Positions 31,662-34,439 of a stretch of 34,439 nucleotides of DNA are shown one piece after another. A program made the translations under genes and the position numbers. The DNA is taken from IMG/VR virus record IMGVR_UViG_3300047558_000033, positions 1 to 34,439 of that record; one strand, given 5' to 3'. The first letter of the stretch is position 1, and each line of letters opens with the position of its first letter. Origin of the DNA: a virus (Duplodnaviria; Caudoviricetes). The notes beneath the pieces were generated by a model, which saw nothing but the letters and a program-made list of their open reading frames with translations, was not told the origin of the DNA and did not search any database.

Positions 31662-33401
31662 TTAGTCTAGCAGACTTTTCTTTTCTCTTGCTTCTCTAAT
31701 AGCTTTAGCTTGGCTCATGTATTCATCAATACTCATTGAAGATGGTGCGTGTTTTTGCATTATTCCAGCTTCATTTGCTGATTCAGATGCTCCAACATCC
31801 ATCATTTTGTAGGCTTGAAGTCTGTCAATAATCTGGCCTTCATTTGTCAAGAATAAATCCATATCAACCTCAGCGCCTTCTGGATAAATGAATTTACCAG
31901 CATTTTTCTTGATGACACCCTCTTTTAAAGCCTGCCCAATAGCATCAGCATGGGTATTTCCAAAAAATACTTTATCGCCAATGAGAACAACTGCACTTCT
32001 TAATGGCTTATCACCGCCTTGAATAGAAACGCCTGGCAATACTGAAGCAGCCTTTGGCTCTGCTGTTTCTAGCAGATTTGTCTTAGGAAACCATTGTTCA
32101 TAAGGTTTGTCGTTGATCTCTTTGATCTTTAGAGTTTCTTGATACTTTGGAAACACAACGAAATTTGATGTTCCTTCACCAGCATCACGGCTCATTTGGT
32201 CTAGGTATCGAACGCCAGGTATACCCTTCTGAGCGAGCAAATCACTAACGCCAGCTCTAGGGTTAATCATTGCGCCAGTAAGTTCTTTGCCTTCCATAAC
32301 TTTAGGAAAATATTGAGATGGATTGCGTTCAATCATTTTCAATATTTGCTCACCAGTCCAATCTCTAGGTGCTTTTGGAAGCTGGTCAACAGTTGTTGTT
32401 GAGTTTGGATTTTCAAGAGCATCAAGCAAAGCATCATGGAATTCACCAAGTTTCTTCTTGTCTACGGTTATACCAATGTCTGCCAATGCTGCCTGAACTT
32501 CTGGCGCTTGTTGGCTCAAAGGCTTATCGTAATCAAGCATTTTTGCAATTGATTCATCGGGCAAGTCTACTTTGTATAGATAGCCTGATTTTTGCATTTC
32601 AACGCCTTTTTGTTGAAGTTTGTTTAAGGCATTGATTACGCCTTTATCATCTTTCATTGGAGATGACAAAATTCTTGACATTGCATCATCGTATGGATTT
32701 GCAGCCCCAGACTCAAAAGACTCTTGTAGCCATGCTTTTGCAGTATCAATATCTGAACCAGAAGCAGTTTTTATTTGACGACCTTTTATAAATAATTCAG
32801 GCTCTGATAAAGCATTACGATAAGTTTCACCAGTTCCACGAGCTTGAGCCAAATATGCGCCTTCTCCAAAGGTTGCATTACCTTCGCCAGTTCTAGCTTT
32901 AGTTGGGTCAAACTTCCCAAATGGGCCATGTGGCGAACCATGCCAAACATCCATTGGACTGATAGAACCTTGGCTCAAATCGCCCAATAATTGAGCAGGC
33001 AGTCCACCACGCTCCATTGTGCGAGTCACCACAGGAGCAATGGCTTTCTCAGCAGCCATGCCAGCGCGTTCAGCTTGTGCCGCATACGCTTTTTTTGGGA
33101 TAGCAGCCAACAATGATGCTTCAGGCATTACAGGTGGCAACTTAGATGCCTCAAGCAAACCAGCCAATTGCTGTAAATTTGCCTGTCCTTCAGCCGTTCT
33201 TGGTTGGTAAGTGTTGCGCTCCATGAACTGCTGCGCTTCTCGTGCTGCAATCCTTGGGGCTTCAGGCGTTCCATACGCACCGCTTGTGATGCCTTTATAC
33301 AAGCCGTAAGGAATACCAACCAAGCCTGAGACAGCACCAGTACCTAAAGTCGCACCTGACTCTAGCAAGCCATAAATCCGTTTTAGGTACTCGTTGTCCA
33401 T
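31662..33401 (-). CDS. Polyvalent protein with ADP-ribosyltransferase-like (ART-PolyVal type) domain and ejection-protein-like N-terminus
   Basis: VWHGSPH..F.KFD....TGEG...FGEGAYLA...LYKVDLP...GIPGVRYLD...NFVVF; start reassigned to 33401. Confidence 0.7.
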   Translation of the reverse strand: MDNEYLKRIYGLLESGATLGTGAVSGLVGIPYGLYKGITSGAYGTPEAPRIAAREAQQFMERNTYQPRTAEGQANLQQLAGLLEASKLPPVMPEASLLAAIPKKAYAAQAERAGMAAEKAIAPVVTRTMERGGLPAQLLGDLSQGSISPMDVWHGSPHGPFGKFDPTKARTGEGNATFGEGAYLAQARGTGETYRNALSEPELFIKGRQIKTASGSDIDTAKAWLQESFESGAANPYDDAMSRILSSPMKDDKGVINALNKLQQKGVEMQKSGYLYKVDLPDESIAKMLDYDKPLSQQAPEVQAALADIGITVDKKKLGEFHDALLDALENPNSTTTVDQLPKAPRDWTGEQILKMIERNPSQYFPKVMEGKELTGAMINPRAGVSDLLAQKGIPGVRYLDQMSRDAGEGTSNFVVFPKYQETLKIKEINDKPYEQWFPKTNLLETAEPKAASVLPGVSIQGGDKPLRSAVVLIGDKVFFGNTHADAIGQALKEGVIKKNAGKFIYPEGAEVDMDLFLTNEGQIIDRLQAYKMMDVGASESANEAGIMQKHAPSSMSIDEYMSQAKAIREAREKKSLLD

Positions 33402-33405
33402 GATT

Positions 33406-33654
33406 TCACCATTTAACTTTGTTCGCCCAGTAAGCGGCACTCATTTTGCCCTTGGCGATGTTTTCAGCATGACGGGCCTTAAACGCTTCATTGCGCTTTG
33501 TCCCGTCTGGACTGCCTTTGACGCCCTGTTGACCGAAACGAATCAATTTCACCTCGTCACCACTTTTTGCAAGAACGGCATGGCTCTTGGTTGGGTGGTT
33601 TGGAGTACGTTTTGGTTTGTTGTAACCAGAAAATGATTCGTTTCCGCGTTTCAT
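33406..33654 (-). CDS. Small basic conserved phage protein
   Basis: NKPKRTPNHPTKSHAVLAK...KLIRFGQQG...FKARH...SAAYWANKVKW. Confidence 0.8.
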   Translation of the reverse strand: MKRGNESFSGYNKPKRTPNHPTKSHAVLAKSGDEVKLIRFGQQGVKGSPDGTKRNEAFKARHAENIAKGKMSAAYWANKVKW

Positions 33655-34283
33655 GCTAGTTTCTCAACAGGGATAAAGACGTTGTCAGACCACACTCGCT
33701 CTGCGAAAAAGTAGCCCATTCGTTGAATCATTATAGCGATTTCAGCGTCATTCATGCCATTTTTGGCGAGCTTCTTCTGCTCAATGATGATGATTGGTCG
33801 TGAGCGCATGATAGTGTTACGAGCACCACGCAGAGCGTTTTCCTCAAAACCTTCCACATCCAACTGGATTAGGTCAGGGTTCAAGTTCAGGCTGTCAATG
33901 GTCATCATTGGGATGCCTTCGTCAGCTTCCTCAATCTGTAAGGCTCCGTAGTTCTTGTCTCCGTCACCATCCACAGACTTGCAAAAACCCTCTTTGTCGG
34001 ACAGTCCAGCCTTGTAAATCGTGACGTTTGCTTCGTCTACGTTTCGCTTAAAGCACTCAAAGTTAATGTCGTTTGGCTCAAAAGTCACCACTTCTTTGAA
34101 CAGAGGCGAGTAAATCTTTGACCAAACGCCACAGTTACCACCAGCATGAATGACTAGATTGCGCTCTGGAACCCACTTCACCAAGTCAGGGATGGCAGCG
34201 ATTTCGACAGGAATCCACTTCCATGCCTCTACGTCTTCTTTAGGCCACCACCAACCATCACGTTGTTCAATTACGCTTTCCAT
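33651..34283 (-). CDS. FkbM-family SAM-dependent methyltransferase
   Basis: HAGGNCG, TFEP, TIDSL, IQLDVEGFEENALRGA..TI...RPIIIIE. Confidence 0.9.
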   Translation of the reverse strand: MESVIEQRDGWWWPKEDVEAWKWIPVEIAAIPDLVKWVPERNLVIHAGGNCGVWSKIYSPLFKEVVTFEPNDINFECFKRNVDEANVTIYKAGLSDKEGFCKSVDGDGDKNYGALQIEEADEGIPMMTIDSLNLNPDLIQLDVEGFEENALRGARNTIMRSRPIIIIEQKKLAKNGMNDAEIAIMIQRMGYFFAERVWSDNVFIPVEKLA

Positions 34284-34439
34284 TTTTCAGCCCTTTCATA
34301 GCCGTTAGTGCTCCCCCAGAATTGGGTAGCGAAACAATGTCCGTTGCCTTCGTATCTATATCCTGAGAAATGATCTCTCGTGAAATAGTGAGAAGGGTAA
34401 ACGGTCAATGGGTACTCGGTCTGGTTGTAGACATCTGTG
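34271..34439 (-). CDS. GT32 glycosyltransferase, 3' part (continuation of 591..1)
   Basis: ...YPSHYFTRDHFSG...FATQFWGSTNGYERAEKWKA-stop; overlaps the FkbM start by 13 nt. Confidence 0.85.
   Translation of the reverse strand, partial: TDVYNQTEYPLTVYPSHYFTRDHFSGYRYEGNGHCFATQFWGSTNGYERAEKWKA
34313..34439. repeat. Terminal overlap copy of 1-127
   Basis: Exact identity with bases 1-127. Confidence 0.95.

Noticed and set aside
1-34439. CRISPR array, integrase/att site or alternative genetic code
   Set aside because: No regularly spaced repeat-spacer array or recombinase motif was recognised. Genes are intact and tightly coupled under the standard code.

Overview
This window is an apparently complete, circularly assembled dsDNA phage genome of 34,312 bp. 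Bases 1-127 are repeated exactly at 34313-34439, and one gene crosses the join. The architecture is podovirus/P22-like and the gene types resemble freshwater Betaproteobacteria phages (host is an inference). A divergent control region at about 7125-7225 has a Cro-like gene and three 14-bp operator-like sites, but I recognise no CI repressor or integrase. The short rightward arm (7269-10873) encodes ERF, a YqaJ exonuclease, an SSB-like protein, a GIY-YIG/NUMOD3 endonuclease and small ORFs. The long leftward arm starts with Cro, a secreted Cys peptide, MazG, a C4-like RNA, a YdaU/DUF1376 initiator, a C5 DNA methyltransferase and nin-like genes. It then crosses the join into a GT32 glycosyltransferase, an FkbM methyltransferase, an ADP-ribosyltransferase-like polyvalent protein, terminase, portal, scaffold, capsid, a second glycosyltransferase, tail, ejection proteins, tail fibre and lysis genes. 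Most notable: (1) the methyltransferase locus is dual-coded over about 820 nt, with motif IX supplied by the overlapping frame; (2) the ART-like protein shares an N-terminal module with the largest ejection protein, suggesting a co-ejected effector; (3) two glycosyltransferases plus an FkbM enzyme lie among virion genes; (4) several structured RNA elements; (5) footprints of homing endonuclease insertion; (6) a probable AUU start codon. All family calls come from motif recognition by eye, not database searches.
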